From positions 1,952,001-2,016,000 of the forward strand of contig OY759599.1 in the NCBI GenBank assembly GCA_963662465.1: a stretch of 64,000 nt of DNA, given 5' to 3'. A program made the translations under genes and the position numbers. This DNA is from Desulfatiglandales bacterium (GTDB lineage Bacteria; Desulfobacterota; DSM-4660; Desulfatiglandales; Desulfatiglandaceae). This document shows positions 49,582 to 60,519 of the stretch, one piece after another. Within the stretch, counting starts at the first letter, position 1, and each line of letters starts with the position of its first letter. The notes beneath the pieces are model-generated. The model saw only the letters and a list, made by a program, of their open reading frames with translations, was not told the origin of the DNA and ran no database searches.

Positions 49582-49919
49582 TCAAAAAAGTTGTTTTATA
49601 ATGAAGAAAATTTCATTTCTCCATCCATGTCCGTAATCCATATATCCACCAAAAACCAGTTCGGAAGGACCTCTTTGGGAAAAATTCCGGCGGTATAAGT
49701 ATTTCCCGAATGGGTCGGCGAAAACAGCCGGCGCAAGCCGAAACGCACGGGAAAACCCACCAATCCAGCGTAACGCTGTCCCCAAACACAGGCGCTTTGA
49801 AACGCCGCATCCAAGGGAAAGAGCGAGCCCAGAGACCCTGAGAGATCGCCCAACGGCGCCGCGTAAACTGTGGCGACTTTCCCGGAAATGGCGACCCCGT
49901 CTTTCAGGTCAAAAAACAC
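49582..49919 (-). pseudogene. PKS-dehydratase (hot-dog)-like fragment
   Basis: FPLDAAFQSACVWGQRY..FPV..VDIWI; no 5' portion. Confidence 0.45.
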
Positions 49920-49946
49920 CTTAGCCCCAGCAGATGTGGGTTGAGA

Positions 49947-51647
49947 CTATTGACCTACTTTAAAATCCGCCCCTGCCTTCACTGTAACGCCTGTTTTAAA
50001 AGTAACCTTTAGGGCTTTTAATCTCACTCTGGCGCCACCCTCAACCGTTACATTCGAACCGAACGTGATGCTTGAAACGGCGCTGCATTCACAGTCAGCG
50101 CCCGGTTGATAGATGTAGTTGTCAATAAAGACATCACTCCCGACGCATGGCGGGCAGTCAGCAACAAGGGACTTGCTCGCCTCTCCGGTATTACCATAGC
50201 GCCCCATATTCACTCTGTTGCCGTTGGGCACGGGCTCATCGACAAAGGCGGATTGAGGATTTCCTTTGTCGATACAGGGACTCTGGTTCTGATCCAACAC
50301 CCATCCCCCCGCACCGCCGCCGGCCGCCGGATCCCATCGCCCCGTTGTGGATTGCAGGTGGTAGTCTTTGTTCGCCGAATTGGCGAAAAGGGGATTGGAA
50401 GAGAGGTTGCCCGTCCCTACAAGCGTTTCCGCTGAGTCCGTGTAGGTTACTGTAATTTTAGAGGTCGCATCTGCGTAGAAATCATCTCCGCCATTTCCCC
50501 AGAATATGGAATTCTGAACCGTGACAACGGAATAGTATTCCACCAGCAGGCCCTTGCCCCCGAATTGACCACATTCAGAACACAGGTTGTCTGCAATGGT
50601 GCAATGGCTCAGGGTGCAGGTCGATCCCATTTCGTCCCAAGCCCCATCGACATAAACGCCCGCGCCACCTCTTTCCTCGCATTCGTTGTTCTCGATCAAT
50701 TCGTGTTCCAGTATTGCACCGGCGCCATCGTCTATGAATACACCGCCCCCGGCGGAGGGGGCGTAATTTCCGCTGAAACGATTGTAGGAAAGCGCAGCAG
50801 ATGTTTCCTCACCAAAAACAACTACCCCACCGCCCCAGCCGTAGCCCAAACTCCGGCCCACTTCATTGTTCAGAAAGTCGTTGTGGGATATAACCACCGA
50901 GTTGCCCGAAATATACAATCCGCCGCCATGGTCTTCCACCGCCGTGTTCCCCTGAATGGTGTTGTTCCGAACAACAGCATCACCACCAGCAACGGCGATG
51001 CCGGCCCCGCGGCCGGCAAAATTATTTCTCACCAGGTTTCCGATAATCCGCACATTCGATGATTCCGACGCAATACCCCCTCCACGATCATCGAGACCCG
51101 TGTGCCGCGTGTCATTGCCTTCGATGGTGTTTCTGGAGAGGATCGGGGAACCGCCTGACACATACACTCCGCCACCCAGAGCACTCCATTCATCTGTAAA
51201 CCCGGTTCCACCCGTGATGCTAAATCCGTCAACAGTACTTGAGCCGGAATCTAAAAGTATAACCACCGCATTGGTCCCATCCCCCCGGATTCGGGTCACC
51301 TGGTTACCCGGATCCTGGGTATCAAAAATACCGCCGGTTCCGGCAGCATAATCGGCGGGAGTTCCACCGGTAAATCCTCCCAGAAGATGAACTATCACGG
51401 TATTTATGACGATATTCCCAGGGTAGTCGCCTTGCGCGACCCGGACCGTGTACTCGCTACCGCCTGTTGCCACGGCAATGGCATCCTGGATTGTGTTGTA
51501 AGGGTGTTTGGATGAGCCATCCTCAGTACCGGTGGTGTTATTTTTATCCACGAAAAATTCCCCGGCATTCACCAGGGCAGGCATGAACAAGAAAAACCCC
51601 AAAAGAGACAATCGCCACAGAACATAACACTTTCCATATCTAACCAT
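49947..51647 (-). CDS. Secreted right-handed beta-helix protein with Cys-containing C-terminal module
   Basis: Signal peptide, PYNTIQDAI cap, repeated N..GGG coils, DYHLQS..SPCIDKG..NMGRYG. Confidence 0.8.
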   Translation of the reverse strand: MVRYGKCYVLWRLSLLGFFLFMPALVNAGEFFVDKNNTTGTEDGSSKHPYNTIQDAIAVATGGSEYTVRVAQGDYPGNIVINTVIVHLLGGFTGGTPADYAAGTGGIFDTQDPGNQVTRIRGDGTNAVVILLDSGSSTVDGFSITGGTGFTDEWSALGGGVYVSGGSPILSRNTIEGNDTRHTGLDDRGGGIASESSNVRIIGNLVRNNFAGRGAGIAVAGGDAVVRNNTIQGNTAVEDHGGGLYISGNSVVISHNDFLNNEVGRSLGYGWGGGVVVFGEETSAALSYNRFSGNYAPSAGGGVFIDDGAGAILEHELIENNECEERGGAGVYVDGAWDEMGSTCTLSHCTIADNLCSECGQFGGKGLLVEYYSVVTVQNSIFWGNGGDDFYADATSKITVTYTDSAETLVGTGNLSSNPLFANSANKDYHLQSTTGRWDPAAGGGAGGWVLDQNQSPCIDKGNPQSAFVDEPVPNGNRVNMGRYGNTGEASKSLVADCPPCVGSDVFIDNYIYQPGADCECSAVSSITFGSNVTVEGGARVRLKALKVTFKTGVTVKAGADFKVGQ

Positions 51648-51670
51648 TTTTTTTGCCCTCCTTCTGTAAA

Positions 51671-54600
51671 TTAAGGCCTTATGGTTACCATTTGCAGCGT
51701 AAGCGACCCCTGGTTCACTTTTGGCGCTTTCATGAAGGTTGAGTTGGGTGTTTGAGAGGTAAACGTGGTGTTCCATCCGCCCTGAACGGTTAGTGATTTA
51801 GAGGCGTTAAGGGTAATCGACGAGGCGTAATCTCCCTGAACAACTCTAATGGTGGCGCCGGTAACCGCGGCGTTGACGGCGTCCTGGATCGAGGTATAGC
51901 AGGGGGCAAGGCTATTGCAATGACCGGCAATATCCACGTAGAATATGGTCAATGAATCCATGAAGAGCAACACGCCTTGATCGTTCACAACATGCGTGCC
52001 GCTATTTTCAGGGAGAAACGTCACACTATTTTGCCCACCCGCCAACTGACTGGAAAGGGCGTAGTGGGCTCCGGGCGTCAGATCAAACAGGACGTTCAGC
52101 GTCTGTCCGCTCCGCTGATAGCTATAGGTGATGTTTCCGGTCGGAGGGCTTCCATCATTGGCGGATGAGAAAAGGACCACGCGATTAAGGGCGGGGTCTG
52201 AGATATGAGCGCCGGCCATTCCTGTCGCGGTAATGAGAACGGTTTCAGGCATGGCGCCATTGCCGGCTTCGGCAGGGTAAAGCACTGTCAGGAAATTATG
52301 ATCCAGTGCTGTATCAGCAGGCTCCAGTTCAAGCCGCCACTCCCCGTAGGGAATATCTTCAAAGTCATTCGTCGGTCGAGGCTGGGATTCGCCTGGATCC
52401 CACACTGCCAGTCATAGTTGGCATCAAATACCCAGAAGGCCTTGATGCCGCGACCGCCCACTTTACGCACACACCTCTGGTCAGGCAAAAGAAATTTCAT
52501 GAACAGTTTTCCATTCCCCGAAACGGCCGTGGCAAGGTCTGCGCCGGTATAGAGCGTCTCTCCCGGGGAGATGCCGGCAGCCGTGCCATTGACAACGGGC
52601 TCGTTCATGGTGTGAAATAAAAGTTTCGTATTCTTCCCACTGAAGGAGGCTTGGGTAACCCCGACCCGATCAAAGATCACCAAGAAATCATTGGCGCCGG
52701 AGGATTGAGGACGCAGGTACACAAATTCCCTTTGAAACCGGGTCACCTTGGCCACATTTCCATCGAGACCCGTGTCCATCGCCTGATTGTATGTGGGGTT
52801 GTTGTAGGCATTGGTTGCATCCCCGAGGGCATAGGTAAAATAGCTGTCATCCTTGAAACGAAGCATGCGACCGGTATCGTATTGGGTGATGTGTTGCTGG
52901 AAATATTCAAGGGTGCTCGGGGAGCGGCTGGCCGGATACATGCTCCGCTGTCCGCCGTCATTGGAGGAGGCATCGGGTCGTGCAGATGAGAAATCCTCTA
53001 AGGGGTTATAGACCACCAGGGTGTTGTGGGCAATGGTGCGAACATAGTAGTTGACGTCATGATTGGAAAGTCCCTCACCGCTGTAAACGCCGCTATCCAG
53101 GGCCAGGTCGGTATATTTGAACAGGGTGAAGCTGTTCTGGTCGTAATGTTGATGGTAGGTAAAATGGTCTCCGCACTGAAAGGTAGTATAGGTAGGCGTG
53201 AGAATCGTATCGACTGCGCCGTCCGGCCAGTCAGAGCGCATGAAAAGAGTGCCGGTTGAAGGGGCATAATGGGTCAGGAGCGCAGGGGTTTTTGATCCCA
53301 AATTCGGGTTAAACCATAGAAACTCTTCATGGCACATAAAATCCATGGAGCTATTCGCCGGTGGAGCGGCCAAGTAGGCTTGGAGTTCTGCAGCCAGGGG
53401 GTCATCGGGATAGCGCCCCACAAGGATCAGGGCCATGATTCTGCCATAGTTGGCCATGCTGCCCCTGTTTCGCTCACCGTCTCCGGTTGAGAGATAGGGG
53501 CGATAGGATTCACCCCATTGGTCCGCCTGACCAGGCCAGTGGTGAAGGAGCAGATAGCCGAGGCGATCTTGAAACCATCCCGTACTTTCAAAAAGATCCT
53601 CGCCCGTGCCGGTTCGCCATGCTTCTACGGCCTTAACCCTGGGCCAGTTGGCAACCCAATCATAGACCATCCCTTCGGGCCAGGCCCCTCCCTCTGCAAT
53701 ATGCTTGAGCAACAACAGATCATTATCCCGGTAGCGCCTTTGCCTGTATTCATCCAGCCACTCCCCGGCGCGAGGATTATCCCCATGGGATGCCAGACCG
53801 ATGAGGCTATATGAGTAGCCATAACGCGGCCAGTAATTTCCCCACCCCGGAACATCTTCCCCCTTCGGAACGTCATCGCCCCAGGCATTGAAATAGGCTA
53901 CAAATTGGGCAATCTGTTGGACTGACAGGCAGTCGTGGCACCAGTCAAAGACAAGGGCGATGTCGCCTGCTTTGGTGGACCAGTCGTTGGGGTCGGCGAT
54001 TTCCGCCAGGGCGAGTGAGACCGCCTGATTACAGTAGGCGATATTGCCCGTGATCTGCCATACAAGGGCTTTGGCCTGCATTTGTCCATTCGCCTGGTCC
54101 GCTTCCGCTTTCAATTGCGCCCAACGGGGATTGGAAGGCAGGGCGCGCGCTTTTAAGGCCATCAGTTTGGCAGGCGTCAGATAGATGCGTGGGTGGCTGG
54201 ATGGTATGCTGAGAAGGCGCAGGTAAACGGTGTCCGCGGCGGTTTCCCCTAACTCATTGGTGACGGTCAGCTCAATCTCCCACTCCCCTGCCTTGTCCGG
54301 GGTAAAGTTCGTTAAAGCCGTTGTGCCAGGGAGCGCACCACTCATGCTGGAGCCATAGGCCGCCTGAACGATCCGCCACGCGTAGGTGAGCATAGCATCA
54401 TTTCCGCTCGGCCTGTCATGGCTTCCGGAGCCGTCCAGGGTCACAACGCCGCCATCCCACTGGAAGGTTTCCCGGTCAGGACCTGCGTCGGCAAAGGGAA
54501 CATCAGGATTATAAACAATCGTGAGTTTCGGTCGCAGAGTGGCATCACCAGCCTGACTGGATGCAAATTCGCGATCATCACGGTTCCCTTCCTGGTAACC

Positions 54601-55245
54601 GGTGGCGTCGCGCAATACCACGCCAAAGTTGGATTGTTCTCCTCTAATCCACGCTCGAGCCGGGGCTGCCACATCCCACGTGTACCATCCCTCGTTCACC
54701 ACGTCCGCATAACTCTCAGGATTTTCAGCGTAATCCTGGCCCGCAGCCATACCCCGCTCTCCCCAGGGCACATGGGTTCCCTCCCCTGAATAGTATTCAA
54801 AGGCATTATAACCGGTGGCGCCATGGGCCCCGATAGCATTGATCGGAGAATCCACCAGGTTCCCTTCATCCCAGTCAACGAGTACCCCATAGAGACGTAC
54901 GCGCCGGGTATAGTCCTGGCCGCCGGAACCGGAATGGGTCCGGTTGTACAGGGATAGGGCAGCGGAAACCACCTTGCTGTTGGCAGGGATACTGCTCAGT
55001 TCAAAGCGAAGGAGAGGGTTGTTTCCATCATTACGCTCCACCGAAAGGATATCGTTTTGCCCGTAATTGCGCGTATCCTGAGGGGGTGACGCCCAGTCGT
55101 TGGTGCTGATCCACGTATCCTTCACCCCCTCGTATCCTTCTGTGCCCTGCTGAAGGACCAGGGTTCGCTCTACGGCATATAAAGGCGGGAAGGCCAAAAG
55201 GCTCAAACTCAGACATACAAATGTGAACAGGATGATTTTCCTCAT
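51671..55245 (-). pseudogene. Large secreted DNRLRE + PKD-like + heparinase II/III-like protein, frameshifted at ~52403
   Basis: Signal peptide, LLRFELSSIP/RPKLTI, ADAGPD, WPEG..Y, MRSDW, HQHYDQNSF, RTIAHNT; removing a duplicated TG (cagTGtgggat) joins both ORFs as YDWQWDPGE. Confidence 0.78.
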
Positions 55246-55271
55246 GGCGCACACCTCCGTTAGGGCTAGAG

Positions 55272-56084
55272 TCATTCCCTGGAAACATCTTTAATATCCA
55301 GACGTGGAGACGCCATAGTGATGCCCTCTTCGTCAAACCGGGCCTTGATCTTTGCATTCAGGCCCCAGCGGCCGGTCAGGGCATGCTTTCTAAGCACCCA
55401 GAACCTGGCTTTCATCTCCATATACCCCGGGGTGAATCTATCCACCACCACCCGGGGCGCCGGTTTTTCCAGCACAATTTCAGAGTCTTTCAGGATATCC
55501 CCCACCACGCCTTTCACCTTGTCCACATCCTCGTCGTAGGGAATGAAAAAATCGATATCCAAACGGCGGTTGGGTCTCTCACTGGAGTTTGCCACCTGAT
55601 CGTTCAACACCTTGTGGTTGGGAATATAAACCATCTTGCCGTCAAAGGTTCGAAGGCGCGTATGCATGACCGTGATGAGGTCCACCTTGCCCACGGCCCC
55701 CGAGACATAGATGATGTCCCCCTTTTTGAAAGGTAACTTGGGGATGTAGGGTTTGGCGATGACGAAAACCGCGACCCCTACCAGAACGATGACCATGATC
55801 ACCCGAAACAGAAGGGCGGCGGGAAAGCCGATAAAATTCAGAACAACCAAAGCACTTATCAGCAGCACAAGGATATGCAGCCCGGTAACCAAATAGGCGG
55901 TTCTTCGCTCCGGCATTCCGGCTTTGATCAAGAGGGAGGATACAAACTTCCCCAGATATTTCACCAGAATCAACACAATAACCAAGAGGATCATGCCCTT
56001 GAGCACCATGGGACCCAATTCTTCGCTGACTCGGCTGATCTGGTCCACATAATTGTTTAAGCCTGAAGAAACGCCATTCATCAC
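55272..56084 (-). CDS. Small-conductance mechanosensitive channel family protein
   Basis: TM segments, PFKKGD, TRLRTFDGKMVYIPN, RRLDI..IPYDED. Confidence 0.85.
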   Translation of the reverse strand: MMNGVSSGLNNYVDQISRVSEELGPMVLKGMILLVIVLILVKYLGKFVSSLLIKAGMPERRTAYLVTGLHILVLLISALVVLNFIGFPAALLFRVIMVIVLVGVAVFVIAKPYIPKLPFKKGDIIYVSGAVGKVDLITVMHTRLRTFDGKMVYIPNHKVLNDQVANSSERPNRRLDIDFFIPYDEDVDKVKGVVGDILKDSEIVLEKPAPRVVVDRFTPGYMEMKARFWVLRKHALTGRWGLNAKIKARFDEEGITMASPRLDIKDVSRE

Positions 56085-56107
56085 AAGCCTCCTTTTCTAT
56101 GCCCTGG

Positions 56108-58354
56108 TTACAGAATCTTTTTCCGGGATAAACGCAAGCTGTTGCTCACCACCGTAATGCTGCTCATGGCCATGGCCATGGCCGCCAGGATGGGGTGCAA
56201 TTCCCGCAGAAACCCGGGCAACAAATGAAAGGGATACAGGGCGCCGGCTGCAACGGGAATGAGAATGATATTATAGATAAATGCACTGAACAGATTCTGA
56301 CGGATGGTGGCCATGGTGGCCCGGCTGATGCGGATGGCCCAGAGTACACCTTTGAGATTGCCGCTCTGTAAGATGATGTCCCCGGTTTCGATGGCCACAT
56401 CCGTTCCAGTCCCGATGGCCAGTCCCACGTCGGCTCGGGCCAGGGCCGGCGCGTCGTTGATGCCGTCCCCCACCATGCCCACCCGCGCCCCCTGGGCTTG
56501 AAATTCCCTGATTTTTCCTTCCTTTTCATCGGGCAGGACATCCGCCGCCACGATATCGATCCCGGCCTCCCCAGCGATCACTTGAGCGGCCCGGGCGTTG
56601 TCTCCCGTGAGCATGACCACCTTCAGCCCTTCCCGGTGGAGTTCTCCCACAACCGCTGCCGACTCCGGCTTCAGGGTGTCGGACAGACTGATGATTCCCG
56701 CGAACCGGTCGTTTTCCGCCACCACCATGAGGGTTTTCCCCTGGCCTTCCAAGGCTATGATCTGATTTTCCGCATCTTGCGTAAAAACCACGCCCGTTTC
56801 CCGAAGCCAGGCGGGTTTTCCCACCCGAATCAGACCCTGACCATCGATCCGGGCCGTCACCCCATGCCCGCGCAGGGCCTTGAATGCCGTCGTCTCCACC
56901 AGTTCAATCTTTCGATCAAGCGCTTCCTTCACAATGGCCCGCCCCAGGGGATGTTCCGAGCCCCTTTCAACGGAAGCCGCCATTTTCAGGAGGTCGTTTT
57001 CATCTCCCATAAACCCTTCGGCCAGGACATCCACCACCGAAGGCCTGCCCACGGTCAAGGTGCCGGTCTTGTCCAGCACCAGGATTTTAAGATGCGCCGC
57101 CATTTCCAGGGCTTCGCTGTTTTTAAACAACACGCCCTTTTCAGCCCCCTTCCCGGTCCCGGCCATAATGGCGGTAGGCGTCGCCAACCCCAGGGCGCAG
57201 GGACACGCAATGACCAGCACGGCCACCATCCGGATCATGGCAGGCACAAATTGGCCGCCGACAGTCCACCAGAGAATAAAAGTCAGCAGCGCAATGCCAA
57301 TAACGCCCGGCACGAAAAAAGCGGCCACGCGATCGGCGACGGCCTGAATGGGGGCCTTGCTCCCCTGGGCTTCCTGCACCAGCCGGATAATCTGGGCCAG
57401 GGCCGTGTCTTTCCCCACCTTTGCGGCCTCGAACTTGATAAGACCCTCGCCGTTCACCGCGCCTGCGATCACCTTATCTTCAGGCCCCTTGTCCACCGGA
57501 ATGGGCTCACCGGTGAGCATGGATTCATCCACGCTGGATTCCCCTTCCACCACCACCCCGTCCACGGGAATGCGTTCTCCGGGCCTCACCAGTACCAGAT
57601 CCCCCACCTTGACGGCGGCCAGGGGAATCACCTGCTCTTTCCCGTCCACCAGAACAGCGGCCGTTTTGGGCCGCAAGCCCATAAGCTTCCGGATCGCGCC
57701 CCCGGTGCGGCCCTTGGTTCTGGACTCCAGCATTTTTCCCAGCTTGATGAGGGTAATGATCACGGCGGCGGTTTCAAAATAGACATGTTGGCCCAGCACC
57801 GGATAAACCAGCAGGGCCAGGGAATAAAAATAAGCCACGGAAGACCCCATGGCCACCAGCACATCCATGTTGGCGCTGCCGTTTTTGAGGCTTTTGAAGC
57901 CGCCCACATAATAATCCCATCCCGTGTAAAACTGGACGGGGGTGGCCAGGGCCAGAAAAAGCCGGTTGACCCATACCTCATGACTCCAGGCTCCCAGAAA
58001 ACTGAAATCCCTGCCCATACTGAGAAGAAAAAGGGGCGCCGCAAAAACAACCCCCACCAGAAATTTTTGGGTCTGGTCTTTGATTTCAGCGTTCCGGGCC
58101 AATAGTTCTGCGTCTTCACCGCCGGCATCATCCTGCCTCACCGCACCAAACCCGGCCGCTTCAATGGCCGCGATCATCTCCTCGGGGCCGGTCACGGACG
58201 GGAGATAGGACACGACGACCCGTTCCGCCGCGAAATTCACCGCGGCATTCAACACGCCCGGAACCTTTTTCTTCAAGGTCCTTTCGATGGTCATGGCGCA
58301 GTTGACGCAACTCATACCGGTGACCGGGAACGTAACCTGGGTTTGATCCGCCAT
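56108..58354 (-). CDS. copA: Cu(I)-translocating P1B-type ATPase
   Basis: [38 protein letters not shown]. Confidence 0.93.
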   Translation of the reverse strand: MADQTQVTFPVTGMSCVNCAMTIERTLKKKVPGVLNAAVNFAAERVVVSYLPSVTGPEEMIAAIEAAGFGAVRQDDAGGEDAELLARNAEIKDQTQKFLVGVVFAAPLFLLSMGRDFSFLGAWSHEVWVNRLFLALATPVQFYTGWDYYVGGFKSLKNGSANMDVLVAMGSSVAYFYSLALLVYPVLGQHVYFETAAVIITLIKLGKMLESRTKGRTGGAIRKLMGLRPKTAAVLVDGKEQVIPLAAVKVGDLVLVRPGERIPVDGVVVEGESSVDESMLTGEPIPVDKGPEDKVIAGAVNGEGLIKFEAAKVGKDTALAQIIRLVQEAQGSKAPIQAVADRVAAFFVPGVIGIALLTFILWWTVGGQFVPAMIRMVAVLVIACPCALGLATPTAIMAGTGKGAEKGVLFKNSEALEMAAHLKILVLDKTGTLTVGRPSVVDVLAEGFMGDENDLLKMAASVERGSEHPLGRAIVKEALDRKIELVETTAFKALRGHGVTARIDGQGLIRVGKPAWLRETGVVFTQDAENQIIALEGQGKTLMVVAENDRFAGIISLSDTLKPESAAVVGELHREGLKVVMLTGDNARAAQVIAGEAGIDIVAADVLPDEKEGKIREFQAQGARVGMVGDGINDAPALARADVGLAIGTGTDVAIETGDIILQSGNLKGVLWAIRISRATMATIRQNLFSAFIYNIILIPVAAGALYPFHLLPGFLRELHPILAAMAMAMSSITVVSNSLRLSRKKIL

Positions 58355-58361
58355 GGCGTCC

Positions 58362-58568
58362 TTAGTCCGCCGCCGGGTAGTTGATCTCTTTCAGCACTGA
58401 TTTGAGCTTTTCCTCCGTGGCCGGGGCTTCCCAGGACACTGAAATCTCCTTTTTACCGGGGTCTCCCTCAACGAAGGATACCCCCGCCAACTCATTCAGT
58501 TCATTTTGAATGGCCTTGACGCAATGACCGCAATTGATGTTGGGAATTGAAAATCGGGTTGTTTCCAT
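58362..58568 (-). CDS. copZ: Heavy-metal-associated copper chaperone
   Basis: NINCGHC HMA motif; AGGAGG RBS; directly upstream of copA. Confidence 0.85.
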   Translation of the reverse strand: METTRFSIPNINCGHCVKAIQNELNELAGVSFVEGDPGKKEISVSWEAPATEEKLKSVLKEINYPAAD

Positions 58569-58688
58569 TTGGCAACGCCTCCTTGTTTGAGTTAACATGG
58601 TGATTCTATTCCTTAGATTCACAATCGTAAAAATGGTTACAAGATGGCTGTTTTTCGTCCATACCGCCCCGGAAAAATGACTGAACAT

Positions 58689-60314
58689 TTACAGAACACG
58701 ATACACGGTAATCGGCTTGCTGTACCCCTTCACCCGACACGGCGACTGTCGTTCCATTTTGACGGAAGTCGTCAGCTGTTTTACGGTCTCCTCGCTCACC
58801 AGAATGTCGCACTTGATATCCCGGGTCAATCCCTGAATCCGCGCCGCCACATTGACCGTGCTGCCGATCAGACTGTAGGCGGATTGTTCTTCGCTCCCGG
58901 AGTTTCCCGCCAGAATGTTCCCGGAGTGAATGCCGATCCCATGGGCAAACATCTCTTTTCCCTGGGCGGACCGTTCCCGATTGAGCGCTTCCAAAGCCTT
59001 CCGCATCGCAAGAGCCGCCGCCACCGCCGCATCCCCATGACCTTCAAAATAGACAGGCACGCCGAAAACCGCCTCGATTTCATCGCCCGCAAACTGAATA
59101 ACGAGTCCTCTGTGAAGTCGAATGGCCTGTTGCATCCGCGTAAAATAGGTCCGCATGGACCGCATGGCCTCTTCCGGAGGATTGTTTTCCACAAAAGGGG
59201 TGAAGTTTTCCAGGTCTGCGAACATCACCGTACCTTCACGCCGCTCCCCGTCCAGAGGGATGCGACCCGAGAGAATTTCATCCCGAATCTCGGGCGTCAC
59301 ATATCGCCCGAAAGCGGATCGAAGTTTTTCACGTTCCCCCAGACCTCTGATCATGGCATTGCCCGAATCCCCCAGGACGCCGATTTCGTCATTGCCCACC
59401 ACCTTGATGCGAGCGCCATAATCCCCATTTTGAATCCGGGTGTTCACAGCCAGCATGTTTTCAAGGGGTTCGACAATGGACCGAATCACCAGCCGGTTCA
59501 GGACCCCGGCGATCGCCAGAAAAATACCGGAAAGAACCACCGTAAACAGAATAATCCTGAAACCGTACTCTTTGGCGGACATGGCGTCCGGCGCCATCTC
59601 CCACTGCACGGTCACCAGCGTCACCAGCAGGATCGCTAGGGGAAGCACCGTTCCCATGCGATAGAAAAATCGAATGCGCCGTCCGATGACAAGCCGGGCC
59701 GCGCCGTACAGCCCCGCCAGATTCCCCTCGGGGAAAAACAGGGGAATCAACCCCTTCCGGCAATAGTCTTCGATCATATAAAAGGCCACGGATGACGTGA
59801 TAAATCCTACCATGCTGGCCCGGATGGAAAAAACCACGGCAGTGCGCAACTCCATCCAGTGCGTCAGGTAGGCCAGAAGGAAAATCAAGGCCGGCAGCAG
59901 CAGCCAAAGGCCCACATGAATGGCGACGAAGATAAACGGCAGGTTGATGATCCGACGTCTGGCTTGTTCAATTTTGACAGGTTCCGCCTCCCGGCCTCTC
60001 TTCATGTACTCCAGACAATATGAAACCGGTCCCAGGAGTTTATGCATGATCAACAGCGAAAGCGCGCCAATGGCCACGATCAGCAACAGTAATACCGAAA
60101 ACAGCCTGGCGACCGCCAGCCAATAGGAAAATCCTATCTCCGCTTTCAGGTCAGCGAATCGCTCAAGCATAAAATCCGTGGGCGTAGCCAGGTTGAGTGC
60201 GAACACAATGGCCACGCCGATGGCCATGGCCTTGACGCTGATGACGTAAAGACCGGTCAGGAAGAGGCCGTCGGCGGATATTTCAGTTTCTCCAGTTTGT
60301 TTGCCGTTTTTCAT
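58689..60314 (-). CDS. Membrane-bound HAMP class III nucleotide cyclase
   Basis: Multiple TMs, HAMP, FGRYV, MFADLENFT, QFAGDE, GIGIHSG, IGSTVNVAAR, VKG. Confidence 0.9.
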   Translation of the reverse strand: MKNGKQTGETEISADGLFLTGLYVISVKAMAIGVAIVFALNLATPTDFMLERFADLKAEIGFSYWLAVARLFSVLLLLIVAIGALSLLIMHKLLGPVSYCLEYMKRGREAEPVKIEQARRRIINLPFIFVAIHVGLWLLLPALIFLLAYLTHWMELRTAVVFSIRASMVGFITSSVAFYMIEDYCRKGLIPLFFPEGNLAGLYGAARLVIGRRIRFFYRMGTVLPLAILLVTLVTVQWEMAPDAMSAKEYGFRIILFTVVLSGIFLAIAGVLNRLVIRSIVEPLENMLAVNTRIQNGDYGARIKVVGNDEIGVLGDSGNAMIRGLGEREKLRSAFGRYVTPEIRDEILSGRIPLDGERREGTVMFADLENFTPFVENNPPEEAMRSMRTYFTRMQQAIRLHRGLVIQFAGDEIEAVFGVPVYFEGHGDAAVAAALAMRKALEALNRERSAQGKEMFAHGIGIHSGNILAGNSGSEEQSAYSLIGSTVNVAARIQGLTRDIKCDILVSEETVKQLTTSVKMERQSPCRVKGYSKPITVYRVL

Positions 60315-60519
60315 ATTCCCCCATTGTCTGAGCATAACCGCATTTTGGCTATTATGCCATTATCCAATGGGGAAGCAAACGGAAAAAGGTTTGCATGCGC
60401 TGATTTGGATGGGAAGAACAACAATCGCCAAGGGTATCTTCATTTTTTGCCATTGAATTTTTTATGAACAGGCAGTATCTTAAAGAATATTATTTTGAAG
60501 AAAGTGAATACACAAAAAA

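Noticed and set aside
58655..58685. CsoR-type operator upstream of copZ (ataccgccccgg)
   Set aside because: Only one half-site resembles the TACC...GGTA palindrome
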